Of a DNA stretch of 64,000 nt, positions 63,925-64,000 are shown piece by piece (positions within the stretch are counted from its first letter, which is position 1; each line of letters starts with the position of its first letter). Source of the stretch: Octopus vulgaris (taxonomy: Eukaryota); NCBI GenBank assembly GCA_951406725.2, contig OX597827.1, positions 50,592,001 through 50,656,000 on the forward strand, in the 5' to 3' direction. The notes beneath the pieces are model-generated. The model saw nothing but the letters and a program-made list of their open reading frames with translations. It made no database searches and had not been told where the DNA came from. The position numbers were made by a program, and so were the translations under genes.

Positions 63925-64000
63925 CGAAAAAAACAAAAGACGAAGACAGGTGGTGTACAAAACAAACAGATGTATTAGTATAACGCTCAGGAATAGAAAA
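63921..64000 (-). mobile_element. Family B repeat 3' end (continues beyond window)
   Basis: TTTACGAAAAAACAAAAGACGAAGACAGGTGG..ATGTATTAGTATAACGCTCAGGAATAG is the reverse complement of 62620-62700; abuts (TA)n. Confidence 0.65.

Overview
AT-rich eukaryotic (animal) genomic DNA, extremely dense in microsatellites ((TA)n, (CA)n, (TATG)n, (GATA)n, (ATT)n). Almost all ORFs in the supplied track are microsatellite artefacts. The repeat complement resembles a cephalopod (Octopus-type) genome; this is an inference, not a database result. It includes several tRNA-derived SINE families, decayed R4/Dong-type, RTE, L1/Tx1 and Penelope-like (GIY-YIG) retroelements, Tc1 and mariner fossils, a non-autonomous Helitron and a hAT-type element with an 8-bp TSD. 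No intact gene is visible; one plausible symmetric 258-nt coding exon lies at 29961-30218. The main signal is a set of at least five distinct short dispersed repeat families, each carrying a minimal type-I hammerhead ribozyme motif. Their 3:8 core pair covaries (C-G, U-A, G-C) and each has a palindromic helix III (ACGU, ACCGGU, AAUAUU, ACGAUCGU). They sit beside microsatellites and near Penelope-like fossils. The window also has (TA)n-centred near-perfect palindromes and several long imperfect hairpins. All alignments were done by eye, so boundaries of decayed elements are approximate.
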